From a virus, in IMG/VR virus record IMGVR_UViG_3300037089_000424: 64,000 nt of DNA, one strand, 5' to 3'. Numbering within the stretch: position 1 is the stretch's first letter; every line of letters begins with the position of its first letter. The notes beneath the pieces are model-generated. The model was not told where the DNA came from, made no database searches, and saw only the letters and a program-made list of their open reading frames with translations. Positions 1 through 9,459 of the stretch are shown piece by piece. Position numbers and translations under genes: made by a program.

Positions 1-81
1 CACTTCAGAGAGAGGCTCTCGCTTGAAGAGAGTGTATAGCCCTTCGCCCGTAATCTTGACAGTGATCTTCCTATTGGCCAT
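1..81 (-). CDS. 5' end of a gene that runs off the window (MANRKITVKITGEGLYTLFKREPLSEV...)
   Basis: ATG at 81-79 preceded by AAGGAGG; frame open to the window edge. Confidence 0.65.
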   Translation of the reverse strand, partial: MANRKITVKITGEGLYTLFKREPLSEV

Positions 82-96
82 AACGCCTCCTTATAC

Positions 97-120
97 AATG
101 AAATCCTCTAGACACGAGTT
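97..120 (-). promoter_or_regulatory. copy 1 of bipartite motif AAC-N14-TTTCATT (candidate phage-sigma promoter)
   Basis: minus strand AAC TCGTGTCTAGAGGA TTTCATT, just upstream of the AGGAGG RBS of the gene starting at 81. Confidence 0.55.
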
Positions 121-2754
121 TCAACGGAACTGACTAGGCACAACGAAACTACAGGTCATCGGTGTTGTACGCTCCAACTCAATCATGTGGCCAAGATCCT
201 TGTCTGTCAACTTAAAATCAACATCGAATGGCACCTTGCAATACCACCCGATTTTCTCTTTCAGGAAGTCTCGGTCGGTCATGAACTCGTAAAGCTTAGG
301 GATCACATCGTCAGTTTCCTTACGGTGTACCATGAGATAATTGGCGTCGTGGACCACATTGATAGGCTTCGTTTTCATTCTATTCTTCATGAGCCACTTT
401 GCCATCCGATTGCCAGCCACCCATGTGAGATCTGAAGCGTCGCCCTGAATAGGCGCATTTATTCCTTGACGAACAGCTTCGTTTGCGGCACCCGGCCTAG
501 AGTCATCTACAGCAGGCAGGTGTCTGATGCGGCCAAAGTAAGATACCACAAATTTGTTAGCCCGGATAAGCTCTTCTTGGTCATACCGATACTGCAAGCA
601 GTTGTCGTATTTACCAAAATACCGATCAATGAATTGTTGGGCTTTCTTAAGTGGCCAACCCATGTCAGCAGCCAAGGCTCTGGCAGAGCGACCATAGAGT
701 AAACCAAAGGATATGGCGTTCTTAGAGAAGTTCCTCTGATCCTTTGTTACTTGCTCTTCTGGAATCTCGAATCCAGCTGCTGCGCCCATCCGATGAGGAT
801 CCTTACCAGCCAGGAACTCTTCTAACATCTTGTCATCGTTAGCTCTGTCACAAAAGAGACGCATCTCGAGTTGTTTCTCGTCACCTTCCAGAAATAGATA
901 GTCATCGCTGTCCGGAACGAACTGCGCTTTCAGAACGGAAGCGATATGGACTCTACTTGGGAAGTTCTCGTGATTAGGATTTTCACTCGAGACCCTTCCA
1001 GTCAGAGTACCATGTACTTTGAACGACGTATGGGTCTTGTCATCACTCCCAATCCAACCATCCACAGGCAGAACGTATTTTGTATAGCCATAATAGAATT
1101 CATTTCTCTTGAAGATGAGTTGCAACGTTCTGTCATTCCTGTGCCTACGCTCAAGCCTTTGAAGGGACTTCTTGTTAACAGAAGGCTTGCCTGTTTTCGT
1201 CTCTAAGACTGGCTCCCAATCCTTGACTTTGAACAAGAGAGTACGAATGGTCTCGGTATTGAATTTGACGCCTTTCCAAGACTTCGTGAACAGTTCTATG
1301 GCTTTGGCCTTGGGATTCTTAGGCTCTCTCTTATAGTTTTGGACCCTCCCAAGAATCTTCTTCATCAGATTCCATTTATAGATGGCCTCAACTTTTTTGA
1401 AGTCCCCAAAGCCGCGAATCTGGTCCTCATACTCTTTTATTTTCTGCGGAAAGAGCTCAAGCAACCTGTCATTCTCTTCACGAGAGATCTTTACGCCATT
1501 AATCTCCAGATAGCAAGCTAATTCGTTGTGCCACATGATTGGGAACCGAAATGGATTCTCGTACAGACCTTGCTTCACCAATCGATGCTTGACAATGGCC
1601 AACATCCTCCAGTCTGCAATGCAATCCCTGCCATTATAGTCGTACAAGATATCGGCCGGCACAAGGCACAGATTTCCACCATGTTCTGGATTAGTTTCTG
1701 GATGGTCTCTCTGGTAAACTCTGAGAGGTTCATCATACCCGCCCATATCTAGTTTCCACGCCCATTGCTTCAATCCGTGGGTGCCCTTCTGTTCGTTCAG
1801 AGCATAAGAGCCAAGGCCAGTGTCAAGCCAATAGTTCCGCAACCAGATTCCGTGTAGGACATACATATACACACGGTCGTACTTGCCAAACTGCAGTGCG
1901 AACCTGATGTGTTCGTCCTCCCAAAGCTCTTTGATCGCTTCCAGACACTCTTCAGGAGAGACGTGGATCTTCTTCCCAAGAGAGCCAATTCTCGAGTGTA
2001 TAGGATAACAGGCCGCAGACCATTCATCCCAGCCAAAACCAACAACGCCAACGACAGGCTTGATAAAGCGATTGAATGGGCTGAGCGTGCTACCCTCGAT
2101 ATCCGTTGTTAGGATAATTTGTTTCTTCAAAAAATCCGTTGTCTCTTGAAGCTGCTTCTTGTCTTTGACAACGTCACACTTGAACTTGCTTTTCTTTAGA
2201 GAGACATTCCTCTTAGTATCGTTACCCAATTCTTTGGCCGCTCTCAGCGCCTGGAGGAAATCTCTCTCGTTCTTCGGAACGTCTCTCAAGACATAGCTAG
2301 GATGGACGACGCAGATGTAAGCACGGCCATGCGCCCGGAACACCTCACCATTCAGGCGCGTGATGCCCGTCCTATTGAGGACTGATTTTATGGCGACGTT
2401 GCCAAGCAAGACTACGACCTTTGGATTGTAGAAATGGATCTCTCGAAGGATCTTAGCTCGGCAGAACTCTATGGCATATTTGTGGGCCTGGATATTGTTG
2501 TTCGGAGGTCGGCACCTGACAGCATTAGAGAAGCGGCATTTCTGAATCAGGAACCCAAGCTCCTCAATCTTCTCACGAAGATATTGCCCAATCTTACCGA
2601 TGAAAGGAAATCCTCGGTTGTCCTCTTCCGCACCGGGAGCCTCGCCCACAAAGAGGAAGACTGGATTCTCTGAACCTTCGCCATTCATGACAACAGACTT
2701 GCACGTGCGAAAGAGGCCACACTTTAGGCAGTCTTCATCCGACTTTCTTGTCAT
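121..2754 (-). CDS. polA: family A DNA polymerase with N-terminal family-4 uracil-DNA-glycosylase-like domain and 3'-5' exonuclease
   Basis: CxxC and GEAPG, NAVRCRPP, VHPSY (UDG4); TDIEG (ExoI); TGRVSSENPN, DEKQLEMR (motif A), KNAISFGLLYG (motif B), NAPIQGDASD, VHD (motif C); start moved to ATG 2754 behind GAGGG. Confidence 0.95.
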   Translation of the reverse strand: MTRKSDEDCLKCGLFRTCKSVVMNGEGSENPVFLFVGEAPGAEEDNRGFPFIGKIGQYLREKIEELGFLIQKCRFSNAVRCRPPNNNIQAHKYAIEFCRAKILREIHFYNPKVVVLLGNVAIKSVLNRTGITRLNGEVFRAHGRAYICVVHPSYVLRDVPKNERDFLQALRAAKELGNDTKRNVSLKKSKFKCDVVKDKKQLQETTDFLKKQIILTTDIEGSTLSPFNRFIKPVVGVVGFGWDEWSAACYPIHSRIGSLGKKIHVSPEECLEAIKELWEDEHIRFALQFGKYDRVYMYVLHGIWLRNYWLDTGLGSYALNEQKGTHGLKQWAWKLDMGGYDEPLRVYQRDHPETNPEHGGNLCLVPADILYDYNGRDCIADWRMLAIVKHRLVKQGLYENPFRFPIMWHNELACYLEINGVKISREENDRLLELFPQKIKEYEDQIRGFGDFKKVEAIYKWNLMKKILGRVQNYKREPKNPKAKAIELFTKSWKGVKFNTETIRTLLFKVKDWEPVLETKTGKPSVNKKSLQRLERRHRNDRTLQLIFKRNEFYYGYTKYVLPVDGWIGSDDKTHTSFKVHGTLTGRVSSENPNHENFPSRVHIASVLKAQFVPDSDDYLFLEGDEKQLEMRLFCDRANDDKMLEEFLAGKDPHRMGAAAGFEIPEEQVTKDQRNFSKNAISFGLLYGRSARALAADMGWPLKKAQQFIDRYFGKYDNCLQYRYDQEELIRANKFVVSYFGRIRHLPAVDDSRPGAANEAVRQGINAPIQGDASDLTWVAGNRMAKWLMKNRMKTKPINVVHDANYLMVHRKETDDVIPKLYEFMTDRDFLKEKIGWYCKVPFDVDFKLTDKDLGHMIELERTTPMTCSFVVPSQFR

Positions 2755-3277
2755 TAGAGCCCTCTGTTCCAAGACTCTGAATATTCTTCAGCCAAGCATC
2801 AAACTCCATCGGTGCCACAGCCGCTTGCCAGCTGAGAGCTTTGATCGCGTACACTGCCAAATCGCCAAGGGTCTCAGTAAGAGTTTCTTCGGCCTCACTG
2901 TCTCCCCCAGCCACAGCATCAATTCGGTCAAACTTCCGAGCTATGTTTGCAAAGATCCCTGGCCAACCACGCCTACACCAAGACGCTTGGTAGTGTTTGC
3001 CTTTGAATGCCTCCAATTTTGTGAGGAAGGCACACATAGCTGCAAACAAAGAAGCACTCTCACAATTTCCATTGACAGGAAGATAGAATTGTGCAACCAA
3101 AGAATCCGGTGAGGAGACCATCGAGATAGCGTTCCTGAAGCCTATTTCGGCAGCTTGAACTAATTCATCTCCATCAGTCGGCCTTCTGATAGCTGCTTCG
3201 CGAGAGGCTTCGTAGATTCCCTTCTCGAGCTTCTGTTTTTCTTCTTTCAGCTTTTGCAATGTAGCTTCATCCAACAT
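2735..3277 (-). CDS. nucleotide-modification-associated domain protein (Nmad1/DUF1599-like helical domain)
   Basis: KGKHYQASW...GIFANIARKFDRI...ETLGDLAVYAI pattern; true start ATG 3277 behind AAGGAGG. Confidence 0.6.
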   Translation of the reverse strand: MLDEATLQKLKEEKQKLEKGIYEASREAAIRRPTDGDELVQAAEIGFRNAISMVSSPDSLVAQFYLPVNGNCESASLFAAMCAFLTKLEAFKGKHYQASWCRRGWPGIFANIARKFDRIDAVAGGDSEAEETLTETLGDLAVYAIKALSWQAAVAPMEFDAWLKNIQSLGTEGSNDKKVG

Positions 3278-4427
3278 GGTTAGGTTCCTCCTTCCTGAAT
3301 TTGAGAACGATCTCTTTCGCGAGAGGATTCTTATCAATCTGTCCCTTGTAGAAATCCAGCACCAACCACTTGAACAACTCTGGAAGAGATGCAATCGAAC
3401 CCATGAGCCAGGCATACTGGTCTGGAGTGAATACTGCTCCTGTCTTCACAGAGCAGTAGATGAGAAGCATCTTTGGTATAAGGAGGCCCCAGTAGCCAAC
3501 CCCTGGCAAGATATTTGCATAATGCAATGGGTCAACGAGATTCCCCTTTCCGTAAGCTTCAACCAATTGGTTGACATAGTCGATTGTCGGCTTCAGCTTC
3601 TCGTCAGATATGGGCTCAAAACTAGAGATCTTGCAGGCCACTAAGCCTTGAACGCCTACACTGCGCACAACGGATCCTAGAGCGTCTGACTGATTGGTGT
3701 CAGAAGGATGGATTAGTATTGCGTCATGAATCGTGCCCCTGCCTTCATACTCAGCATACACATGAAGATTCTGGACGAAATAGGTTATCGCTCCACACTG
3801 CACACCAAGATTACCTGCAACCAGGGCCAGCAAGTGGGTAAATTGGACGGCATTATAGGGAGTGCCCCAAATGATATCATTAGAACGGATAGCGACAGAC
3901 ATATTCAGCTTGCCATCCCGAAGCGAGAAAGCCACCCAATTGTTACAAGGGTAGTCATTTGACTCTGGCTTATTGTCAGAGATTGGGTCCCACAAGGAGA
4001 TAATCGCTTGTCTGGAAAAGGGGTCTTCCTTGAGCTTGTTACAGACAGCCTCTATCTGATCCACGTAGATAGAATGGCCTACATAGCTGCCTCTACAATC
4101 CCGAATCCTCTTGCCGTAGGCCCCATGAAAATCAGGCTGGCCTTCATCAGCAAACTTCCTCATGTTAGAGTTGAAGAAGGATATCCACTCCACATTTCCG
4201 TTACCAGAGAGAATCCATATAACCTCAGCCAGAGCGAAGAAGATGTTGAACCTCCGGCCCGGAATCTTCATAAAGCAGGCGCCAGGTGTCTCATACTGAA
4301 GAACCACAGGCACTGTCATCTCGATGCATCGCCGATCACGAACTGTGACTTGCCTACCATGGGCAATCAGATCAGCGAACAATTCTTGGTAGAACGAACC
4401 TAATCCTACTCCGGAATAGACCTTCAT
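3267..4427 (-). CDS. thymidylate-synthase-family enzyme, probably dUMP hydroxymethylase
   Basis: FALAEVIWILSG, GAYGKRI, SRQAIISLWDP, DYPCN, IRSNDIIWGTPYN (Asn = dUMP specificity), NLHVY; long C-terminal extension; next to aGPT-Pplase1. Confidence 0.85.
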   Translation of the reverse strand: MKVYSGVGLGSFYQELFADLIAHGRQVTVRDRRCIEMTVPVVLQYETPGACFMKIPGRRFNIFFALAEVIWILSGNGNVEWISFFNSNMRKFADEGQPDFHGAYGKRIRDCRGSYVGHSIYVDQIEAVCNKLKEDPFSRQAIISLWDPISDNKPESNDYPCNNWVAFSLRDGKLNMSVAIRSNDIIWGTPYNAVQFTHLLALVAGNLGVQCGAITYFVQNLHVYAEYEGRGTIHDAILIHPSDTNQSDALGSVVRSVGVQGLVACKISSFEPISDEKLKPTIDYVNQLVEAYGKGNLVDPLHYANILPGVGYWGLLIPKMLLIYCSVKTGAVFTPDQYAWLMGSIASLPELFKWLVLDFYKGQIDKNPLAKEIVLKFRKEEPNHVG

Positions 4428-4672
4428 TCCTTGACTCCTCTCTTCTTTAGATAGTCCACTAGATCCTGGACCGTGACAAACTTTTGGGCATCCCCATCAT
4501 CTATCTCGGCAATCTCGAAGATCTCTTCCAGATCGATTACCAACTCTACCAAGTCAATAGGGTCGGCTCCTAGATCTTCATTGAGCTTGGATTTCAGCAT
4601 GACCTCTTCTTCAGACGAACCAAGTTGCTCTACGACGATTCTTCTGACCCGATCTTCAAGAATTTCCGCCAT
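4424..4672 (-). CDS. acyl-carrier-protein-like protein lacking the phosphopantetheine serine
   Basis: RVRRIVVEQLG...EDLGADPIDLVELVIDLEEIFEI...TVQDLVDYL matches AcpP except DSLD is DPID. Confidence 0.85.
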   Translation of the reverse strand: MAEILEDRVRRIVVEQLGSSEEEVMLKSKLNEDLGADPIDLVELVIDLEEIFEIAEIDDGDAQKFVTVQDLVDYLKKRGVKE

Positions 4673-4692
4673 ATTTAGATCCCCCTTATAAG

Positions 4693-4717
4693 AATGAAAC
4701 CCCTCGATGGGCAGGTT
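4693..4717 (-). promoter_or_regulatory. copy 2 of AAC-N15-TTTCATT motif
   Basis: AAC CTGCCCATCGAGGGG TTTCATT upstream of the AAGGGGG RBS of the ACP-like gene. Confidence 0.5.
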
Positions 4718-4912
4718 ACGATTTCCTAGGAAATCTCTGAATAGGAAAGTTTAGGTTGGCAAATTGTCCATGAAAGAGGAGCGCAGCCGCATCGTATGTC
4801 TGAGCAGCTTCAATAATGTCAGCATAAGTTCCTAAATAGACCCTCCTGCCTTTGCTGAGGTCTATTCGAGATTGCCACAGCCTTTCGCGAAGGTCAAAGA
4901 AATCCTCTTCAT
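4716..4912 (-). pseudogene. AP2 DNA-binding domain remnant of an HNH-AP2 homing endonuclease
   Basis: WQSRIDLSKGRRVYLGTYADIIEAAQTYDAAALLFHGQFANLNFP is AP2-like; the coupled ATG at 4912 is out of frame with the domain by one base. Confidence 0.65.
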
Positions 4913-5928
4913 GACTTCGCCTTGAACAGCGATCCGTGGTAGAGTTCGTCATCTCGCGGAGTGAACTTTATTCTGGCCTTACCACAGTTGTGTCTCATCT
5001 TCCAAATCTTAGCGAAGCAACACAGTGAGTGTTCGATCTCCCGTAGAGTGAGCCTCTTCTCTTTGCCGCCCACAACCAGATATGGGAATTTCAGGCCAAG
5101 CCTCTCAAAGTGCTGCTCCTGCTCAGTACAAAGCTTCTTGATTGCATCGACGAAGGAAACATAGCTTCTGTCCGGAAAGATGATTGAGATCCCGACCTTG
5201 CAGCCAGGCCCAGGATTGACAAAATCGTTGTGGGTGAAAGGGATTGCACCTACCATGACGAGGTCTGTCAGAACTTCATAAGAGATAAAATTTCCAATGC
5301 AGGGCACTATCATCAAGCGCTCATACACTGCCTCCAGTGTAGGTGCATATTTCACTGCAAGGAATAGATCTTCGATGTTCGAAATAGTGTAATTCAGAAC
5401 TTCGATGTATTTGTCAATCTTAGAGGATCCAATCTCATGTGTGGGGAGTGTGAGGTGGGCACTCGTGAAGACAGGCTTGCCCGCCTTCTTGAGTTCACGG
5501 AGGCTATTGCCAAATTTAACAGGGTCGTACTCAGTGCAAGACGGAACACCTCCTACAGCTTCAAATGTCTCCACTCGATTCAGGAGTCTATACACAATCG
5601 TTCGCCATAAGAGGTTCATCTTTGCGTTATCAAGATCATCATCGCGATGGACGACCTTCTCTACATCATGGTACTCAACAGCGATGTGCTCGTTGTACCA
5701 AATTGTGCCACGGTCAAGCTGGCGGTAGATATTTTCGAACTTGTAGTGTTGAAGAATCGGATCTTTTGTCCATGGCGGAGGCTCCTTTTTGAGAAATCGC
5801 CGCACCCAGATGGAGTGCCTCTCAAACATGAACGTGTAGAACTCATCCAGATGTTTCTGGACCACCTTAACCTTTGGTAATTCCCTCCAAGGGCGATACC
5901 GATCCTTGCTACTCATTGGGGCCTCCAA
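4909..5928 (-). CDS. alpha-glutamyl/putrescinyl-thymine pyrophosphorylase clade 1 (aGPT-Pplase1, amino:DNA transferase family)
   Basis: FERHSIW...PPPWTKDPILQHYKFENIYRQLDRGT N-terminal signature; GNFISYEVLTDL and GPGCKVG HhH-like region; EHSLCCFAK. Confidence 0.85.
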   Translation of the reverse strand: MEAPMSSKDRYRPWRELPKVKVVQKHLDEFYTFMFERHSIWVRRFLKKEPPPWTKDPILQHYKFENIYRQLDRGTIWYNEHIAVEYHDVEKVVHRDDDLDNAKMNLLWRTIVYRLLNRVETFEAVGGVPSCTEYDPVKFGNSLRELKKAGKPVFTSAHLTLPTHEIGSSKIDKYIEVLNYTISNIEDLFLAVKYAPTLEAVYERLMIVPCIGNFISYEVLTDLVMVGAIPFTHNDFVNPGPGCKVGISIIFPDRSYVSFVDAIKKLCTEQEQHFERLGLKFPYLVVGGKEKRLTLREIEHSLCCFAKIWKMRHNCGKARIKFTPRDDELYHGSLFKAKS

Positions 5929-5943
5929 AACATTTCAAAAACA

Positions 5944-6183
5944 CTATATTCCAGAGCTCAGCATGGTCAATCCACATCGTCGGCAACGGTCAGCAGTTGT
6001 GTAAGTAACAGTATTCAAACACAATGTGATATCTTCCCAATCGTGTCGCTTAATCCAGAATTGCCACCAATGCTTCTTTGGATCGGAACAAGGTGTAACA
6101 ATAGAATTCATTGTTGCAATCTGCCCGCTTCTTGACATTCCTGGCTTGATTTGCGCGATCTGCTCTTCCCAAGTTGGTGCCAT
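5944..6183 (-). CDS. small hypothetical protein with H...CxxC tail (DUF1660-like)
   Basis: ATG 6183 behind GGAGG; RHDW...RCRRCG. Confidence 0.55.
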   Translation of the reverse strand: MAPTWEEQIAQIKPGMSRSGQIATMNSIVTPCSDPKKHWWQFWIKRHDWEDITLCLNTVTYTTADRCRRCGLTMLSSGI

Positions 6184-6304
6184 GCTAGCCTCCATTTAGA
6201 AGATTACCACTCGTTTTCGACAGGCTCGGTGATCCCCCTGTCTTACCCTGTTAGACGTGTCCCAGATTCTTTTAGTTTCTTAGGAACCACAAGGCATCAC
6301 CTCC

Positions 6305-6499
6305 TCAAGAGCCATCCTCCATGATGAATCGGACAATGATTTTGACCTTCTCACATCCCTTTGGGATGACACTCTTGCTGATGTAGAGATTTGAGAAGCC
6401 AGCCTTCTTGCCCTTCTCTTCGTTCGCCTTGAACCGAACGCTTCTCTTGCAGACCTTGTCGACTTTCATGAACACAGACCTTTTGTTGGCTTCTTCCAT
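6305..6499 (-). CDS. small basic hypothetical protein
   Basis: ATG 6499 behind AAAGGAGG. Confidence 0.6.
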   Translation of the reverse strand: MEEANKRSVFMKVDKVCKRSVRFKANEEKGKKAGFSNLYISKSVIPKGCEKVKIIVRFIMEDGS

Positions 6500-6512
6500 A
6501 CAATTTCCTCCT

Positions 6513-7592
6513 TTAGATGAAATTGACGTGATCGGGAGCATCGTCTGTAGGCAATTCTCCCAAGACAAGATACGCTTGCAGACTCTTGTTAGCTTGGTTC
6601 AACTGACAGAGCGGAGTGCACTCGTGCGTGTCAATCGACGTATGCAGTTCCAGCCTTCTATGGCCCTTCCAAATATCAATGAATGATTCGTCTTTGATGT
6701 TCCCGAGGACCATTTTTGGGTCTTCCTTATATGCACAGCAAAAGAAGACTTCCCCTGTCGCACCAATCACTGTCTCGAAGGCATGCGCGTGACACCGATG
6801 ATAAGTGCGACCCCAATTCTTCTCAAGAACATCCTTGAACTGACCCTCTGTTGCTAGGACCTTGAACTTGTCAGTTGTGAAGTCCTGTTTTGCTATCTTC
6901 ATGTGATAGAAGATTTCTTCCCACGCAGCAAGATCTTTAGCCTGTAGAATCTCTACTTGATGATAAGGTCTGTACTGACAGTAGTCTATGCCAAGCTTCG
7001 CGCACAGCTGGGCAAAGCTATAGATGTCCATCATCGTCCTTGGCGCCGTAAGATACCCAGCACCAATGGTGCAAGATCCACCATACCGCCCCTTGTAGTC
7101 TGCCATCGCAACCAGATTGAGGCATATTTTCTTGAAATCTGCTGGTCCGGCTCCGTGCGTCAACATATGCTGTGCCATGCAACTTGCGTCCAGACTGACT
7201 CGAACCCAAGTGCAGATATCTATAAAGAATCCTGGGTCCGTCAACAAGGTGCCATTCGTGATCAAACCAACCTGTATCCCAAGGTCTTTCGCAAGTTGCA
7301 TTGCGCCACGAGTGGCTGGATTCACGAGAGGCTCGCCACCGCCAGAAAATGTGATTGCCTTCAGACCGATGTGGCTAAAGTCCTCTATCAATCTGGCCAT
7401 ATCTGAATAAGAGAGGCTGTTGCTGTTCGTGGCGAGCAAGCCTTTGAATATGCAATCCGGACACTCGTGATTGCATGCATTCGTTGGGTCAAGTTTGCAC
7501 GAAATTGGCCAAGCGTCAGTTGGTGATTTGTGCCATTCCCTAACCCTTTCAGCGTGGTACATGATTTTGTTTGGTTTGAACTGATTCATCAC
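6513..7592 (-). CDS. radical SAM protein with SPASM/twitch domain
   Basis: CNHECPDC (CxxxCxxC), FSGGGEPL, ITNGTLL; C-terminal RC...GEVFFCC...LGNIKDESFIDIW...CTPLC. Confidence 0.92.
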   Translation of the reverse strand: MMNQFKPNKIMYHAERVREWHKSPTDAWPISCKLDPTNACNHECPDCIFKGLLATNSNSLSYSDMARLIEDFSHIGLKAITFSGGGEPLVNPATRGAMQLAKDLGIQVGLITNGTLLTDPGFFIDICTWVRVSLDASCMAQHMLTHGAGPADFKKICLNLVAMADYKGRYGGSCTIGAGYLTAPRTMMDIYSFAQLCAKLGIDYCQYRPYHQVEILQAKDLAAWEEIFYHMKIAKQDFTTDKFKVLATEGQFKDVLEKNWGRTYHRCHAHAFETVIGATGEVFFCCAYKEDPKMVLGNIKDESFIDIWKGHRRLELHTSIDTHECTPLCQLNQANKSLQAYLVLGELPTDDAPDHVNFI

Positions 7593-8004
7593 TCCTCCTC
7601 AGTTGTTCAAGTTTCTCATCAATCTGCTTGATCTCTGTTCGCTTGGCTACGAGAAGCTCGCTTATCGCAGCCAACCTCTTGCGGGCCTCTTCCTGACGGA
7701 TCCGTTTCTCGAGTTCTTGTCGACGATACATTCTTCGCTCTCGCCGACAGTCGGCACAAAGATTTGGCAGAGTCAGCTGCCTACCTCTCCACCAATCCAC
7801 TTCTTTCTCAGCCATCTCTATCTTCTTGCCACATTTGCGGCACAAGGATTCGTAAACTATCCATTTTCTCGTAATTGCATCTCCTTTCATTATTTCATTA
7901 TCGCTAAGACCAAATCTGCCACATCCGGAACAGAGCCCATAGGTATTCTCTTTAGGAGCACCACAGTTCCAGCATGGCCCAGACGGAAGTCTTGGATTAA
8001 TCAT
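7549..8004 (-). CDS. zinc-ribbon protein (double CxxC plus zf-trcl-like domain) with coiled-coil tail
   Basis: CWNCG..CSGCG; CRKCGKKIEMAEKEVDWW...PNLCADCRRERR. Confidence 0.7.
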   Translation of the reverse strand: MINPRLPSGPCWNCGAPKENTYGLCSGCGRFGLSDNEIMKGDAITRKWIVYESLCRKCGKKIEMAEKEVDWWRGRQLTLPNLCADCRRERRMYRRQELEKRIRQEEARKRLAAISELLVAKRTEIKQIDEKLEQLRRSDESVQTKQNHVPR

Positions 8005-9442
8005 ATCTTGGCCACCTCCTCATTCTTGAAAATTGGATCTTCCGTGGATGCCTACACAAAATTTCATATTTCCCGCCACAATCTGTGCACCGAAGCTTGG
8101 ATGCAACGGCCCCTTGTGCGGCAAGTTCTGCACCACAAGAGTAGCACACTCGTGGGCAATACAAAAATGAGTCCGGATTGTCAAGCAGTCTGGCTTTGAG
8201 ACGCTCTGCTGGATTTCCTTCTCTCAAAACTTCTTTGTACGCTCGAAGATATTGAACGTGTCGTTCGTACTGATGCAAGTCAACACCTTCGTACGTTTCA
8301 ATGATACGGCCAAGTCTGCCCATGATCAGGTCTTCCTTATTCTCTCTAAGCTTCTCGATGCCGGCCCATTCTGCTTCCCACATACATTTCCTCTTGCCAT
8401 AATCCAGACCAACAACAAAGTCAATCATGTCATGGCCATTGGCTGGCACAACGTATAATGAACTTGGAATTTTTGGCATGTACTCGCCATACTGATGTGT
8501 GACGTCACTGTCAAAATGGAAAGCATTGTCGACCAAGAGCACCGTTCCTGAACTCAAGACTTCGTAGAACCTTGGCGCCAGATTTGCTGTCTGGACGAAC
8601 TTGGGCCCACCGATATGCACAACGCAAGCAGCCGTGTTGAGGTGCCCTCGACTGGTCCCTTGAGCAGTCTTGCCTAGAAATTTGGCGTGAGGCAGCTTGT
8701 TGGACACAGATTGTGGCCAATTGCCATAGATAGCAACGTGGCCTGGATAGTCGTAATATGATAAGAACATCTGCATCCGGGAACGGTGGTTCCCAATGTA
8801 CATGAGATCCCACTCCGGATGTTTGCAGAAAGGCAACGGATCCTCGATTCCTAGGATCGGTGTAGGAAAATTCTCAGCCGGGATATGCAGACTTTCATAT
8901 GGCCAACGCATCGTGCTACAGATCTTCGTAAAGACTTTGGGCTTGAAAGCCTGTACCAGCACAACCCATGTTTTGTCGCGAGTCAGATCCAGAGAGGGCG
9001 CCATCTTGTAGTATCCGGGCATGAAATAAGATTCGACTCCAAATGACTCCAGCGTGAAGACGAAGCCAAGGTCAATGTCATGCTCGAAATATAGGACCAA
9101 TCCTTCATAGCCCGCAATGACCTTGTTGGCCAGCACGATATACGGTATGTGATCTTTGCCAGCGAAGGTTGTGTTCGTTGGGCCACACTCTACAAGAAGA
9201 ACATCCAGATCCTTCGTATGGCCGAATGGACGATATGTAAGTTGCTTAGGGAAGCGTTTCTGCAGAGCCTTGAACGCTTCCCAATGTGCTTTTCCGATCT
9301 CAGACAAGACGACAATCTCGACGCCATTCTTCAAAAGACACTGCCAAAGACGAACACGTATGCGGCTGCCACCTGACGACGTACCTTTTTGTGACAAGTC
9401 CAGATGAAAAGCTTGTCCATACTTAAGAGTACCAAGCCGCAT
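7997..9442 (-). CDS. GT-B glycosyltransferase resembling T4 DNA beta-glucosyltransferase, with C-terminal Zn ribbon
   Basis: DLMYIGNHRSR...VAIYGN...AKFLGK...VVHIGG..F...APRFYEVLSSGTVLLVDNAF parallels the BGT C-lobe as I recall it (DVIYGGSFR...FTGK...LRVWETMASDAVMLIDEEF); C-terminal CYSCG...CTDCGG. Confidence 0.7.
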   Translation of the reverse strand: MRLGTLKYGQAFHLDLSQKGTSSGGSRIRVRLWQCLLKNGVEIVVLSEIGKAHWEAFKALQKRFPKQLTYRPFGHTKDLDVLLVECGPTNTTFAGKDHIPYIVLANKVIAGYEGLVLYFEHDIDLGFVFTLESFGVESYFMPGYYKMAPSLDLTRDKTWVVLVQAFKPKVFTKICSTMRWPYESLHIPAENFPTPILGIEDPLPFCKHPEWDLMYIGNHRSRMQMFLSYYDYPGHVAIYGNWPQSVSNKLPHAKFLGKTAQGTSRGHLNTAACVVHIGGPKFVQTANLAPRFYEVLSSGTVLLVDNAFHFDSDVTHQYGEYMPKIPSSLYVVPANGHDMIDFVVGLDYGKRKCMWEAEWAGIEKLRENKEDLIMGRLGRIIETYEGVDLHQYERHVQYLRAYKEVLREGNPAERLKARLLDNPDSFLYCPRVCYSCGAELAAQGAVASKLRCTDCGGKYEILCRHPRKIQFSRMRRWPRYD

Positions 9443-9459
9443 ACGTGTCTCCCCATTTC

